Shown piece by piece: positions 1 through 12,177 of a stretch of 64,000 nucleotides of DNA; positions within the stretch are counted from its first letter, which is position 1, and each line of letters opens with the position of its first letter. The translations under genes were made by a program, and so were the position numbers. Under the pieces are notes generated by a model. The model was not told the DNA's origin. It saw only the letters and a program-made list of their open reading frames with translations, and did no database searches. The stretch spans positions 103,974,001-104,038,000 of the forward strand of contig OZ038378.1 in the NCBI GenBank assembly GCA_964036045.1, given 5' to 3'. Source of the DNA: Eutreptiella sp. 'Long Island Sound 2002'. Taxonomy: Eukaryota > Protista > Euglenida.

Positions 1-144
1 TGGGAAATTATTGCTTGGCATCCGTGCGTTACTCTTCTTTGTGCATAACAAGCAAGGTTCCTGGACGTATTAGCAACCCCTCCTTACTACACCTCAATAC
101 AAGCACAATTTGGATTACTGAAAGTGTGAAGATCCATCTTCCCA

Positions 145-345
145 TGACCACGGCGACGACCACTACGACTACAACGACCGATACACCTTCCACTGACTAC
201 CACTACCACTACCACTACCAATACCAATGCCACCACCACAACCACCGCCGCCGCCGCTCCCGTTCGTGCTGCCTACTGCTAATGCTATTGCCATTGCCAC
301 TATCACTGCCACTGCCACTACTGCCACTACTATGGCTGGGGGTGG
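145..345. repeat. Low-complexity trinucleotide repeats (ACC/ACT/GCC/CTA)
   Basis: Runs such as accactacgactacaacg, cactaccactaccactac and ccaccgccgccgccg; they account for the spurious 15..401 ORF. Confidence 0.85.
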
Positions 346-1208
346 GTTTTTGGGGCCTACAAACAGGGTGGGGGGCTGGAAATAGGGTGGGACATGGCTG
401 AAGATAGGATTCTGCTCAAATTGCTAAAAATAGTCACTTTACCGCCACAAATAGCCCATCTACCTTTTAGCCCCCCAATACCATGAAAGTTCGATACACT
501 TTCCTTCCTTTTGTTCATTTTCATCCTTCACAATGACCTTTCGGGGAGAATAATGACTCACATCACGAATTTTAGTAGCTTCGGGAGGAGTGATGTCATT
601 CCCTATTTTTAGCCCTTCCAACCCCTTAGTAAGCCCCAAACCCCACCCCTACCCAAATAAATACCTTCCAAAACATGTTTTTTTTTTGTGTGTTTAAGCG
701 CTACGCGTGTGCAGCAGCCCTCAAGAGGAGCCAAAGTCACGAGTGCGCCTGGAATATGGGCCCAAAACTATGTATAGTCTCCATCTTGTGGCCTGTAGCT
801 TCATACGGGTAAGGTGTGTCCCCAAGAGAGACACTGGAGGAGGCAAGACTTGTGTGTAGACAGTCACATCAATGTAGCCGCGGCTACCATGACCCTGGTT
901 GAGAAACCTAGGTCATTGAAGACCCACCCGGTAGTGGCGGGTGGGAGGCACAAAGCATAGTATCGCCGAATATGTATCTCTCAGCCTCATTCAGGATGTG
1001 CCAAGGCGGAGGTTTTTGGCACTTTTGGGGAAGTTTTGCAACTTTCGCTTCAATGTGCAAATATATCATCGTGTAGGGGGAGGGGTATGTGTATACTTTT
1101 TGAAGTCTGGAAGAAAAGGGCTTCAAAATGAGATAGATAGATCCTAGGCTCCATCTCCGCAACATGTGGAATGGGCATAGGACGGAGCACTGCACGGGTC
1201 ATCACGGA

Positions 1209-2400
1209 TTATTCTGAATTCGAATTGTTGTCATTGTCCGCACGGGCAGGGACCCCATTGGGGTACACATCCCCTTGTTTGTGGATGGGCACATATTTCT
1301 TCAGTTTTTCCCACACTTGGTCCTTAACTGGTACCCACCCTGTGCTGAGAGGCAGAGCCCAGGCCATCAGTTGTGAGGTCCACATTTCGCCGCTTGGTCC
1401 AATGGCCTCACCATACCGTGATTTCAGCCAAACAAAGCCTGGATGGGGGTCAGGTGTGCTGCCATAATCTAACCACTTGGTCAAAACAGGTTTCTGCTAA
1501 TGGTCTAGGTGGCTGGCTAAAGGGTTATAGACACCTGCTAGCCACTTGGATACGTTCCAAAAATCAGTGCGCTTCAGGGTGCACAGTTTCCTAACAAACC
1601 ATTGCTTGTTTCGCACAATGTGCTGGGTTGTTAGGCCAGCCATCTCAGTCACACCACAGTAATAGTCAACATTCTGCAGAGCACAGTCCATGGCACGTGA
1701 CGCTGCATTGCACAGATATTTGGAATGACCTTTGATAAACATACGCGACAAAATGCCATGGAACTAGCGCCACAGCACCAATTTGTCATACAAATTACGA
1801 AAGGCCCAGTTCAGAAATTCAGAGCAGTTAAAGCACACCAATGATGGCAAAGGCAGTCTCATTAAACCCCTTACCAGCAGTGTACTCTGGCCAGACCATC
1901 ACCGTGTCAACACCTAGGGTTGTGTGGTGCAACACCACCCAGTGCGCCTTCAATTCAGAGGTGTACCACTTTTTACCAACGGGCAGTTTCAATGAAGTCA
2001 CTGCTTTGCTGTAATCCAGGACAGCGTGCTCTGCCCGCTCAGGGTACCGCACTGCAGGGGTTGAAAACGTACCTACTTTGGAGGCACCCCAGGTCTGCTT
2101 GCTGTACTGACCATGGCATTTGTTGCACTCGTACCCCTCCCCAGCAAGTCGCAGATTTGTTGCCTCCTGATGTCAAAGTTGGGCCCAAAAATGTGGCAAA
2201 AATCGGTGTACAGTGGACATGCAGATGGATGAGCGAGGACATGTGGGTAGGGCCAGAGCAGAACAACCTTCAAAGCCGGTCTGGCTCTCTGAATTTGGAG
2301 GTTGTACAGCTCACACTCCGCACAGGCATCCTTCATGGGTGGCTGAAAACCCAGTTTGAGTGTTTTCATCGTCTACTGCACTGTCTTGCACTGTCTGCAA
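1209..2400 (-). pseudogene. Degraded Sola-like (DDD, DUF7869-type) DNA transposase
   Basis: Minus-strand fragments in order: KLGFQPPMKDACAEC (cf. NLxFxxPKxDxCxxC); VLDYSKAVTSLKLPVGKKWYTSEL...MVWPEYTAGKGFNE (cf. FDxQKxLxxP...YYxRxL...W-E-xAGxGxNE); FIKGHSKYLCN (cf. FLxxGHTxxxCD). Several frameshifts and stops; the segment expected to hold the second Asp looks deleted. Confidence 0.6.
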
Positions 2401-3664
2401 GGAAATGCTCGGCGTAGAATCTGGCTTCCCCCATTTTGCAAACTGTTCTGCCCCCTCTGTTTTCAGCCAATGCACCCACACAGAGGCATGTTGTCCGCCA
2501 ATGGGGGCTTCGTGCTTCGTGCGCCGTTATGGGGTCACAATTTTACGCTGTTGCAAAAATGATAACGCCCTTACATTGCCAATAGTACAACAAAATGCAT
2601 GTGTTTCTGCGTAGTTGTTATGTTTCATAGGTGGTAGAAACTTGTGAAACCCCAAGATTGGAGAAATTTTCATTGTGGTTCGTAAGAAGCATTTAGGACA
2701 GTGAAAAACGACACGTAAAGTGCTGTATTTTGAAAAAGACCGCTATCTGATTTTGGACATATGGGAAAAAGAGCCGCCTAAGTCTTTCTTATTACTCCCG
2801 CGGGCATGCTTGGTAGTATTTTGCGTTTCGAGTATTGTCCTTTTCAATTTAATGCACATCTTTGCCACTAACGGTGGTACCTTGCGCCCTTGCGGAAGGG
2901 TGTTTTTGCCAGCTTGCCGCAAGTCACTGTATCAGTGTGAGGAGAAGCGGCATCACTGAATCTGCTGTCAGCCTAGGGGAGTGACTGCAGGATTTTTTTG
3001 AATTTCATCTTCAGTGTGCTGGTCTGTCTTGTATTGGAGGCAGCCTGCTTCCTGGGGCTTTTCATAAGACTCATGGGGGTTGCAACAGCCGCAGTTGTAC
3101 CTTTCAATCCCAGAAGTCAGATGCAGAAGCAGTGGCATCGGCAGTGGACAGAATTTGGTGCTCTTTGTGACTGCTTGCAGGTTGGTGCAAACCGGCGGTA
3201 CGAGGCTTTTTGGCCTTTCTGCCAGGCTCGTCCCGATTCACCTGCACCCAATTTACATCCCCAGAGCGCACTCTTTTCCCACCAAAGGCTTCTGTGGTGC
3301 ATCGGGGGAAGCAACAGCACGCGGTGTGAATTTGCAGACATGGCAGCTGCCTGTTGACAAAAAGAGGCAGCATGCAACACAGGCACCGTCCAAGATGGAC
3401 AAAAATCTCAAACATATCGTCAGTACAACATACACTAGTGCAGCCTCAAGCAGAATGCCAATATGTGCAAAAACAACTCTTCACAGGCATGACCCAGCCC
3501 CTGTTTACCACAACCAGCTCACAAACTTGTCATTTTCCATTCGTCAACACAATTACTGCGCTCAGAAAAACAGCAGTCAGAGAGGGTCACTGTACTTAGA
3601 CAAGACTGCAATGCAATTAATTTACCCTCAGCTGGGGGCTCACCAAGCTGCGTTCATTCAAAAG

Positions 3665-3866
3665 ATAGGTACCTATGGCCGAAGGATAGGTACCTATGGC
3701 AAAACCATTGGTACCTATGGCCAAACAATAGGTACCTATCCCCAAACAATAGGTACCTGTAGCGAAACCATAGGAACCTATGGCAAAACCATAGGTACCT
3801 ATGGCCAAACGATAGGTACCTATGGCTAAACCACAGGTACCTTGCCCAAACGAAGTTGCCTATGGC
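3665..3866. repeat. 21-bp tandem repeat with a 12-bp palindromic core (ATAGGTACCTAT)
   Basis: Units start at 3665, 3686, 3707, 3728, 3749, 3770, 3791, 3812, 3833, with a degenerate copy at 3854; consensus ATAGGTACCTATGGCCAAACC. Confidence 0.95.
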
Positions 3867-4199
3867 CAAGCATCAGCCAACACCAGCATATCTCTCCGCA
3901 TCGTTGGGGATTGTGCCAACATGGAGGTTTTGGGGGTTCGTGCCATTGTTGCCTCATTTGTGTCGAATGAGTGTCTGGCAGGGGGGGCTATGCGGAGATG
4001 TGCAGAAAGCCCGGAAAAGGGCTATTTGGAACACTCCAGGTCTGCATGCTTTTATTCAATTGAGAACTTTACAGCTTGATTATTGCCAACCGCCAATAGC
4101 CAACCAACTCCCTGTCGCCAAATACCGTCTCGTTCTCTCACAGTCTTTGCACTTGGTGGCTGCCATGGCCTGATGTCGCCGTAGCTGAGCACTCCTTGG

Positions 4200-4415
4200 C
4201 AGCCTCCTGCCGCCCCTAAAGACAGGCTTGCAATGTCAGTCTCCACTTTCTGCTTCACGTGTTGCATCATTGCCTCAATCATCTTCCTAAACTACCTCCC
4301 ATTTGCGGCTACCTATGGCTTTGCCTGCATCATTATGTATTTTGTTGTTGGGCTTGTGTTTTTCTTGCCCGTCATGGTCATTACCACGGACCTGGCAAGG
4401 CAGTTGCCAGAGGTA
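4200..4415 (+). pseudogene. Fragment of an APC-superfamily amino-acid permease (GadC/YjeM-like TM1-TM2)
   Basis: IASIIFLNYLPFAATYGFACIIMYFVVGLVFFLPVMVITTDLARQLPE fits the N-terminal pattern LPxxAxYG...FFxPxxxxxxELAxxxP. It is followed by a donor-like GAG|GTATG; a possible degraded downstream exon lies at ~4600-4720. Confidence 0.55.
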
Positions 4416-5849
4416 TGCTTCCACCATACCTCTCAATTTCCAGTGCACTGCCAAGAAGGGGATGATATCCGAACTCCAGTGTGACCTTATCGTTCACCGC
4501 TCGAACTGTCATATCCAGCTAGACTCTGCCGCATTGTTGGTTGAAAATGTGTGGTGTGCAAAACATTGTCCTGCACATGTCCTGCACGCCAGTACACCCT
4601 CTCTGACTGCCATGGAAGCTACAACAGGAACATACTCTTGGGAACATGCATCACCGAGCAACTTTGGCCAAGCCTATCTTCGTTCCATTCCCCATGCAAG
4701 ACTTCATACATGGTGTCTATGATGAACGTCCATTCTGTTCTTGACCTCTGCTCTAACTCTCTTTCATGCACCTGCTTCCTAGCTGCTCCAACTGCTGACC
4801 CTCGTCTCAAGTCTGGGAAGGGGCCTAGGTACGGTTGAATGGCGCCTCCCCATGAGTTAGAATGTGTCGGAAATCATGATTGTGCCATGCTTGCACTCTG
4901 ACACTGCGAAGAGCAGGAATTCAAATCACCTCAAAGAGAGGTTGTTAGATCAAGTGCAGGCGTGGGCGCCATATACTGCCCTATCTTGGGGTCAATCGTG
5001 TCCCATACCCCTAGGCATGATATCGGATGTCCAACCCCTTGTTGCAAGCACCAACGGTCGAAGCATGCCGCAACACCTGTTTTTGGGGCCTGTTGGTGGG
5101 GTTTTTGAAGCATGTCGCAGCACACTGAAAATTGCGTTGGGAGTTTTTTGGGAAAAATATCGGACCAAGTTATCGATCCCATCCCTGTGCCGTCATTTGT
5201 CAGAGGGGGCGCACAGCACGCTGTGCGTGCACTGTGCGAACAGTCGGCTGTTTTTCACCACCGGTAGCCACGGGCCCCAGGTTCCTGAATTCTGCACTCT
5301 ACAGCACCTGCTGGTACACCAGGCATTTTTTATTTTAGTCTGATGCTTGCCAGGGTCCCAGGGTCCTGAATTCTGCACCCCCGATGCTGTCCTGAATGGA
5401 TCATGCACGCTTCTGTAGGTGGGTGGTTTGCAGGGGTGTTCCCGGGATAAACAACGTAATAATAGGCGCTGTGTGCGCGCTGTGCCCGCGCTGTGCCAAA
5501 AAACCCCTACAGACGGACAGTACTCTAGTGGTTAAAAATGGTGCATCTGTGAATGACAGGACTCTGGTTCAATTCTTGGGAGTGGCAATCTGCAACAATC
5601 GTGGCAGGGGCACATAGCCCAACCTGGTTTTCTTCTTTTTTTTTCTTTTCTCTTTTTTTTTTTTGCTGTGCTCTGCTTTGACAGATCATTGTTTTCTTCA
5701 CTTTTTCTTCTGATGTCTATTGTTGAACCCACTGAGGAGGGGACAACACAAGAGGAACAAGGAGACAAACATGAGTACTATAGACTGTTTGCAGTGGGCA
5801 ACTGGAGAAGGCATCGGGCAGTACCTATGTTGTACAGACACCCAGGGTG

Positions 5850-5950
5850 AAGGTCAAAATGGGAAATTGTATTGCACCTTATGTGCAGTTTGGCTGTCAT
5901 CAAAGGGTGCCATCTTGAAGGACCATGTTTGGGTAAAAACAAGAAACCAC
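5850..5950 (+). pseudogene. CGGBP1/hAT-type BED-like zinc-finger relic
   Basis: NGKLYCTLCAVWLSSKGAILKDH resembles the GKLFCxxCxxxL...DH finger of CGGBP1 and hAT transposases; no convincing catalytic domain follows. Confidence 0.35.
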
Positions 5951-6899
5951 TACATAGTTCCTATGCCCGGCAGCCTCAGGTTACGGTTGGGTTTCAGCTT
6001 CTGGAAAATTTGGGTACCCCCCACCTACAGCTTGAAGCATGCCGCAGCATGCTGCTGCATGGCAAATTTTTCTTGGGGACTGTTGGTGCTTGTCCTTGTA
6101 AAAATCATCATTTTGGGAGACAAAACAGTTCTTCAATGACCCGTGCATCCCCCCCCCCCCGCCGCCATACCCAGGTGCCACTTTTTTTGGGAGGGGTGGT
6201 GTGTGTGTGTGTTGGGGGTCGGGGGGTCAAGAGTTTTTTTTTATGGCCACTGTGCCTCTATCTAAACCCAGGTTGTAAACAAGTTTTTTCTTGTACGTGG
6301 ACCCCCTCACAAATCATGGGGGTATGGGGTCCAAACTCCGGGTACGCCCCCCTGCCCGGGCCCTTGCAGGTGAGGACTTGGCCATTTTCAGGCGAGCGTG
6401 CATCGGCTGAAAATCACCTTGCAAAGATTGTCAGAACAAAACCATGTAGGCCCACATATATGGGGAAATGCCACATACCCCTTCTTTTTGGGCTTGTCCA
6501 CTCACCCCAAGGGGTCGAAGTGTTGGTTTAACCCCTTGTAGAATGATTGTTAACACATCCCCCAAGACATTTTTAGTTGACACCTACCCCCCCCCCCCCC
6601 CACACACACACGCTTGAAACCCACATTTTTGACGCGGGGGGGGGGGGCGGGGGCGAAACAATAACCCATCCTTTTTGTGGGTTGAAAATCACAATCCTCC
6701 AAATTGGCCAAATAATCATCCAACAACAGCCCAAGGGCCCCTTGGGGTTTTTGGAGGTGCCCCAAAATCGCCATTTTTCAGCCAATGCGTGGCAGCCTCA
6801 AAACAGGTAAACCTTGGCAAAGCTCGAGGTCGCGAAACATGTCCTTTGGTGCTAAGCCCATGTAGCCAAGGCCATGGCCCCATTTGAAAGCCCCAAAAT

Positions 6900-9860
6900 T
6901 ACTATGGTTTACCGGCGACGGATAGTGGCGCGGTGCACAGATACACATTCGCCCCCGGGGCAGCTTCGCGTTGCAGCGGCCAATGTCACCTCGGTGCAGG
7001 CACACCTAGACACCTTCCTTGTGTGGGAGGCACACATGCTGCTCTTGCTGGAAACCTGTCTCACAGCGACCGGGGAGCATCTTGGCCACCAGATTGCGTG
7101 AGGCGGGGTGGCACGCTTTGTGGGGTGCACTGCTGGAGTCCCCAGGCGGGTGCATGTGGAACTACCCCTCAGGGTTTGGGCATCGTGGTCTTCCAGGGCC
7201 TCCCGGCCCGGCCGGTGTGTCCCCACGCAAGAGCTCTTGTAGGCGACGTGGTGTAAGAGTTGTGGCACTCCGCGAGGTGGTGCCATGGCAGTGGTGCCAT
7301 TTTTTGGTAGGCCTCCGCACAGGGGCGGACACCCTCCACATGCAGGCTGTGTATCGAGTGCCGTCCTAGCCAACGCTAAACCGAGCGCTTGGGGAGAGGG
7401 TGCTTGAGTGCATGGCACTGAACGGGTCGGCCCCCCAGTTGGTCAAGGGCAATTTCAACTTCCCCTTGGGTGACCTCCAAGCCCCCCCCCCCCCTCGGAA
7501 GTTCTGGCTCCGCTCTTGGCGCGGTGCCTCGTGGATGCGGACTCGGAGCTTGCGGTAGGGGCCTGCCGGACCTCTTTGCTTGTATATGGGGCACGGGATG
7601 GAGCGCTCCTCTTGCATTTGTGGGCTGGTCGTGGGCACCCGCGTTGCGTCCCTTCTATTGAAGGCGCGGCCTCTCTTCTTGGAATGCTTCCCTGGTCACT
7701 AGCCGGTCTGCTTTGACGTGCCTCTGTAGGGCGCAAGACAACAACTGCTAAGGTTTATTTGGCCCCTTGCAATGGCCCTCTTCTTGCGGGAGATGGACGA
7801 GTAGGCCTAGCTCATCTGCGGTTGGTGGGCCCCGTGCAGCAACGGTGGCTCGCAGCACTAATGGCGGGCAGCGATGTGGACCGCCCACGGGCCCTTTACA
7901 CTTGTGTGTGCGGGGAGGTGCTTCCGGCCCTCTCTCTCCCAAAGTCCAACTCGGCAACTCCTCTACCGGCGGCACCCCCACATGTGCCTCAAGGAGAGGA
8001 ACTGCTAGGCTCTTGAAGGTGGTTCACCCGTGCCCCTGGCACCAACAGGCCAAGGGATGCCTGGGCACATGCCCGGTGGCGCGCCCCCAAGTGTGCTAGA
8101 GCTCCCTCCATGACGTTCTCTAATGGTTAGTGTGCCCGGACCCAGACCGGGGCCGTTGCCGCACAAGGTCTTGGATGCCCGGCCTGGGCTTCTAGGACAC
8201 TTGGAGAGGGTGTGGCCCCTGGGCCCAGAGTATACCATTGTGCGGATGGCGGGTACGCCGGACTCCTTGGCAACAGGGGCACACCTTCGCCCATTGTAGG
8301 GGGTTTGGAAGGGCAAGGTCCGCATGGTGCACCTCCACGAGTATGATGCGCGCCTGTGGGCTTGGCTCTGCTGGCTGGGCAGGGCATGGTCGAAGGACCA
8401 AGGGGCAATGTACCGGTGGATGAAGGTTGAGAGGTTCGCGGCCCTAGTCTTTTTCGTGTGCCGTCTTGACGGCACGGCCACGGCGAATTTGCGGGGGACG
8501 CTTTTGCCCGATTTGGAGCGCGCCGTCAAGTACAAGTATGACGACATTCCGGGGCCGGAGCTAGCGAACTTCCTCCGCCGATATGGCCGCCACGTGCGCC
8601 GGATGCTAGTGCTCGCCTCGGGCCCTCTTGCGCCTTGGACTCTCGCGCGTGCACGCGCTAGGTGTGAGGCTCTGTTCTTGCTTGGCCGAGCTACGGGCCC
8701 TCCCAGAAGTCCTCTTAGGGTTGCCGGCAGAGCTGATGGTGGAGCACCTGCCCCAATTAGCTGAGGGCTACACGGCTTTGATTCCCAAGGAGGGGCCGGC
8801 AGGCTCACTCAACATGCCGCCCCTCATGGTCCTGTCCATGGTGTACCGCGGTGGGTCTTCGCCTGCTGGACGCCGTACGTTGGCAGGTGGCCTTGGTGCT
8901 TCTGATTGCTATCGGCTTCCCCCTTGCACGCAACGCGCTGGATGGTGAGGTTGCCATCAATGTCCTCTTGGAACTCCATCGCCTCCGGTGCTGGGCGGTG
9001 GCGTAGATGAGCATCAATTATGTGAAGTGTTTCAATCTCCTTCCCCAGGCCGTCATGCTGGTCCTACGCTGGAGCCAGGCATGGAAGCCGGGATACAGCG
9101 GGCCCTCGTGGCCATGAATGAGCAGCTCTACAGGGCCTTCAGGGTGGCGGGCCACCAACCGGATCTTGCTGGGACTGCCCCTTGTTTATGATCTTCGTGA
9201 ATGTCCTCACCACAGTCTGGCAGTGGGAGGTCAACTCCCTACGCCTCTAGGTCTATGTCGCCACAACGGCGCTTCCCTTGGCCCTTGAGGACGTTGGCCC
9301 CTGGTACAAGCGAGACCCCGCAGTTCCGCCGCCGTTAGCTAGCTAGGCCGCGCAGGATGCGGCGTTGGGCTCGTTGGAGTATGCCGATAACACCCATGCC
9401 ATGGCCCCGGCGGCGCTGGCGCTCTCGGGCACCTAGCCAACCACCAAGGACTACCTCCGGGGCAAGGGGCAAGCTGTCCGCGTGGACAAGTCCTCCTCCG
9501 GGGTGCAAGGCGAGGCGGGGCCCGGTGGTCTAGGTCTGTGGTGGCCCCGGCAGTCTTGGCGCGTGGGCAGGCCCCAACGATGGTGATCTACTTCCCCCAG
9601 CTCTCGGTGGATGTGGCCGTGGGAGGCTTGCGGCACAAGGGGCTTGTTCTTAGCAAGCGGCTTGGCGCGGGGCGAAGAGCCCTGTGTCTCCTATCCCACC
9701 TACCAGCCTTCCATCGCTGGCTACGTACGGCCATCATCATGGTGGCTTCCTTGGCACCACATGGGGTGGTTTGGGCGCCCGTCTTGGACGGCAACCGCAC
9801 GAAGCTCGATCCATATGCCCCCCGCTCCCCGTTTCTCTATCACGATTTTGTATAGCGACT
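6900..9860 (+). mobile_element. Degraded non-LTR retrotransposon (LINE): APE endonuclease plus reverse transcriptase
   Basis: APE motifs: AANVTS...LLLETCL (~6975-7065), LHMQAVY (~7335), KGNFN (~7445). RT motifs: LAEGYTALIPKEG...PLMVLSMVYR (~8757-8850), NYVKCFN (~9016), ATNRILxGCPL (~9150), degraded YVxx (~9255). Many frameshifts. Confidence 0.85.
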
Positions 9861-11929
9861 TAGTCGGCCATCAGTCATCAGACATTAGACTTTTATGGAC
9901 CGCCATTACCCAACCATGAACACCCCTTCCCCGATCTCCTTGATAATGCACTACATTAGACTCCCCTCCCCCCTTCCCTGTCTATGACCCACATCAAACA
10001 TCGTCACTCGAAAAAGCCCCCCCCCCACCACAATGGTTAACCCCCCCCCCCCCCCCCCGCCTTGACCCACCTACCCCTTGGCCCTTCTATTCCATCCATC
10101 CCTTCACTGATGGGTGCTTTGAAGCACCCCCCCCCCCCCCCCAAAGGAAATAGCTGCCATGGAAAACATGCCACCCCCCCCGAAAACAATTGACATGGAA
10201 AATATGAGACCCCCCCTTTTCTCGATGTGGGCAATTTACTTCGCACATATCTTTCTATCATTGTTGGTGTTGCTAATCTGATGGCCATGACCTTTTCCAT
10301 GCATGTGAGTTTCACTGACTTGCTTTTGCATAGTCATTAGATTGTACTTTGAGGCAGCCCAACCACCTTGCAATCTCGGCTGTGACGCCATGACTGCAAG
10401 CCCCTTCAATGAGGATGCATGACACTTAACATACGTTGCCTCGGCCGCTGCATGGCCCACATCAAGTTTCAATGGCTATGGATTGTCAACACGACACAAT
10501 GCTCCGTCACGCTTGGGTCACCGTGCAGACCGCTGTAGGGACTTTTTTTATAGGACCTGTTTTGTGCGGACAGTGCTTTTGGAAATGGAAGAAACTTCAC
10601 GGCCGAGGAAAGTGACATCCCCCCATGTCCTCTACCCCGTTGCCACCATCAGTCAGTCGGTCATGGCTGACAAGATGTGCACCATGTTCTCTAGCAGCCA
10701 ACAACTATTTTGACAACCCTTGTTTTTCAATGTCATGTGCAACCAACATTCATCAGAGAAGGGGCTTTGTAGTTGAATTTTTGAATATCAATTTGCCATT
10801 TTGTGATGTTTCATTCCCGACCCAATGACACTTGTCAACCCTCTTGGTGAGCCTTTCAAGATGATTGCAACTTGCTGCATCTCACCTTCGTTGCTGACAG
10901 CAGTGTATCCGAGAAGGGCCTTTGCACCACTCATGCTTTGTTGTTTATTTGCAGGAAGTATGGAAAATGGTTCGGCAAGGACCATGAAACAGGGAAACCA
11001 CACCCATTGTACTTTGCATGCTTCGTTTTGCTGCGCTTTCCATGTCTCCATGCTTTGCTTTCCTTTGTGCTATTTCTCCGCGAAGTGTGGGAAATCACTC
11101 AGAAAATATCATAAAGTAGGGAAAACACCCCCCTCCCTCTCCCTTGTGCATGAGCGTATGGAAAAGCCTGACCCCCCCCCCTTTTGGGATGTAATGCGTC
11201 GTGTGGTCTGTCCGCAAAATATTTGTGTGAACATATGTCTCATTTGTTTGATGTTCCTGTGGTCACCATTACCTTTCTATTTCTGAATTGCAATTCTATT
11301 GATACAATTTGCACTGGTCATGATGCTGACCCTTGAGGCAGCATAGCCTGCCCGCAGTCTCAGCTGTGACGCTGTGACTGTGGGTGAATTGGTTCGCGTT
11401 CACCACATCAGTTGCATCCCCTTCAATGATTATTATTGAATGTGTGTAGGCACCCTGTGGGGATGGGTTGCCGGTGTTGGGCTTGTGCACAGGCACAGAC
11501 CCCTCTTGGGACCTTTTTGTTAGACTCTGTTTCGTAACAACAGCCCTCTCAAAAAACACATTTTCCTGGTGGGACTCAATTATGACTTCCAAGTCCAACA
11601 CACCATTTGCCCGTCTATAGGTTGTCTCTATCTATGTGGTGAATCATGCGAGGGTCTACACCCTCCAATGAGCCCCTCTTCTTCAAAAAGCCACACAGGG
11701 CCCTGCTTGTTGGAGCTGCAACATAAGATATGAGAAGGGGCTCTGCAATAGTTGATGTGTGTTGTAAACATATGTTGCATATCTGACCGTGATGCCGACC
11801 CTTGAGGCACCTAGAGGTGTGTTTTCCCCAAGGGCTAGGAAAGGTCGAAGTGCACATGGACCATCTAGTGCTGTCCACCATGCCCCCATGCCACTCTTCC
11901 ATGCTTATCTATACTCTACAGTTGTTTCT

Positions 11930-12170
11930 TGCCCACTACACCCTCCGAGGTGTACATTTTTGTTCTGCGGCCTCAACCTTAGCGTTGTGGGCCACAGAGC
12001 ACAACCGCCTTGCTTCCACTTCCCGTACTGCGTGCCTCTGAACCGTATCCGTTGGTTCTCGACCTAGTCCTAGCGCTGAGCGACCAAACCTCGCCTCAAC
12101 CACTGTGTGCCCCCTGAGCCGCAACACTCAGTTCCAGTCCCGGCCCTCGCGCCCGTCGACGGTCTTTCGT
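11930..12170. repeat. Array-flanking repeat, with a second copy at ~16525-16850 in the same orientation
   Basis: Both begin cactacaccct...ggtgta and share tctg(c/t)g(g/a)cctcaacc(t/c)tagcgttgt and ctgagccgcaa(c/a)actc. Confidence 0.65.
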
Positions 12171-12177
12171 CCCAGCC

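Noticed and set aside
4860-5260. hAT C-terminal dimerisation domain
   Set aside because: The FWEKY..IP pattern is suggestive, but no SAxxERxFS motif is recoverable.
8000-8330. RNase H domain upstream of the LINE RT
   Set aside because: Only a faint ADxLA-like match; the region fits the usual Trp-rich linker.
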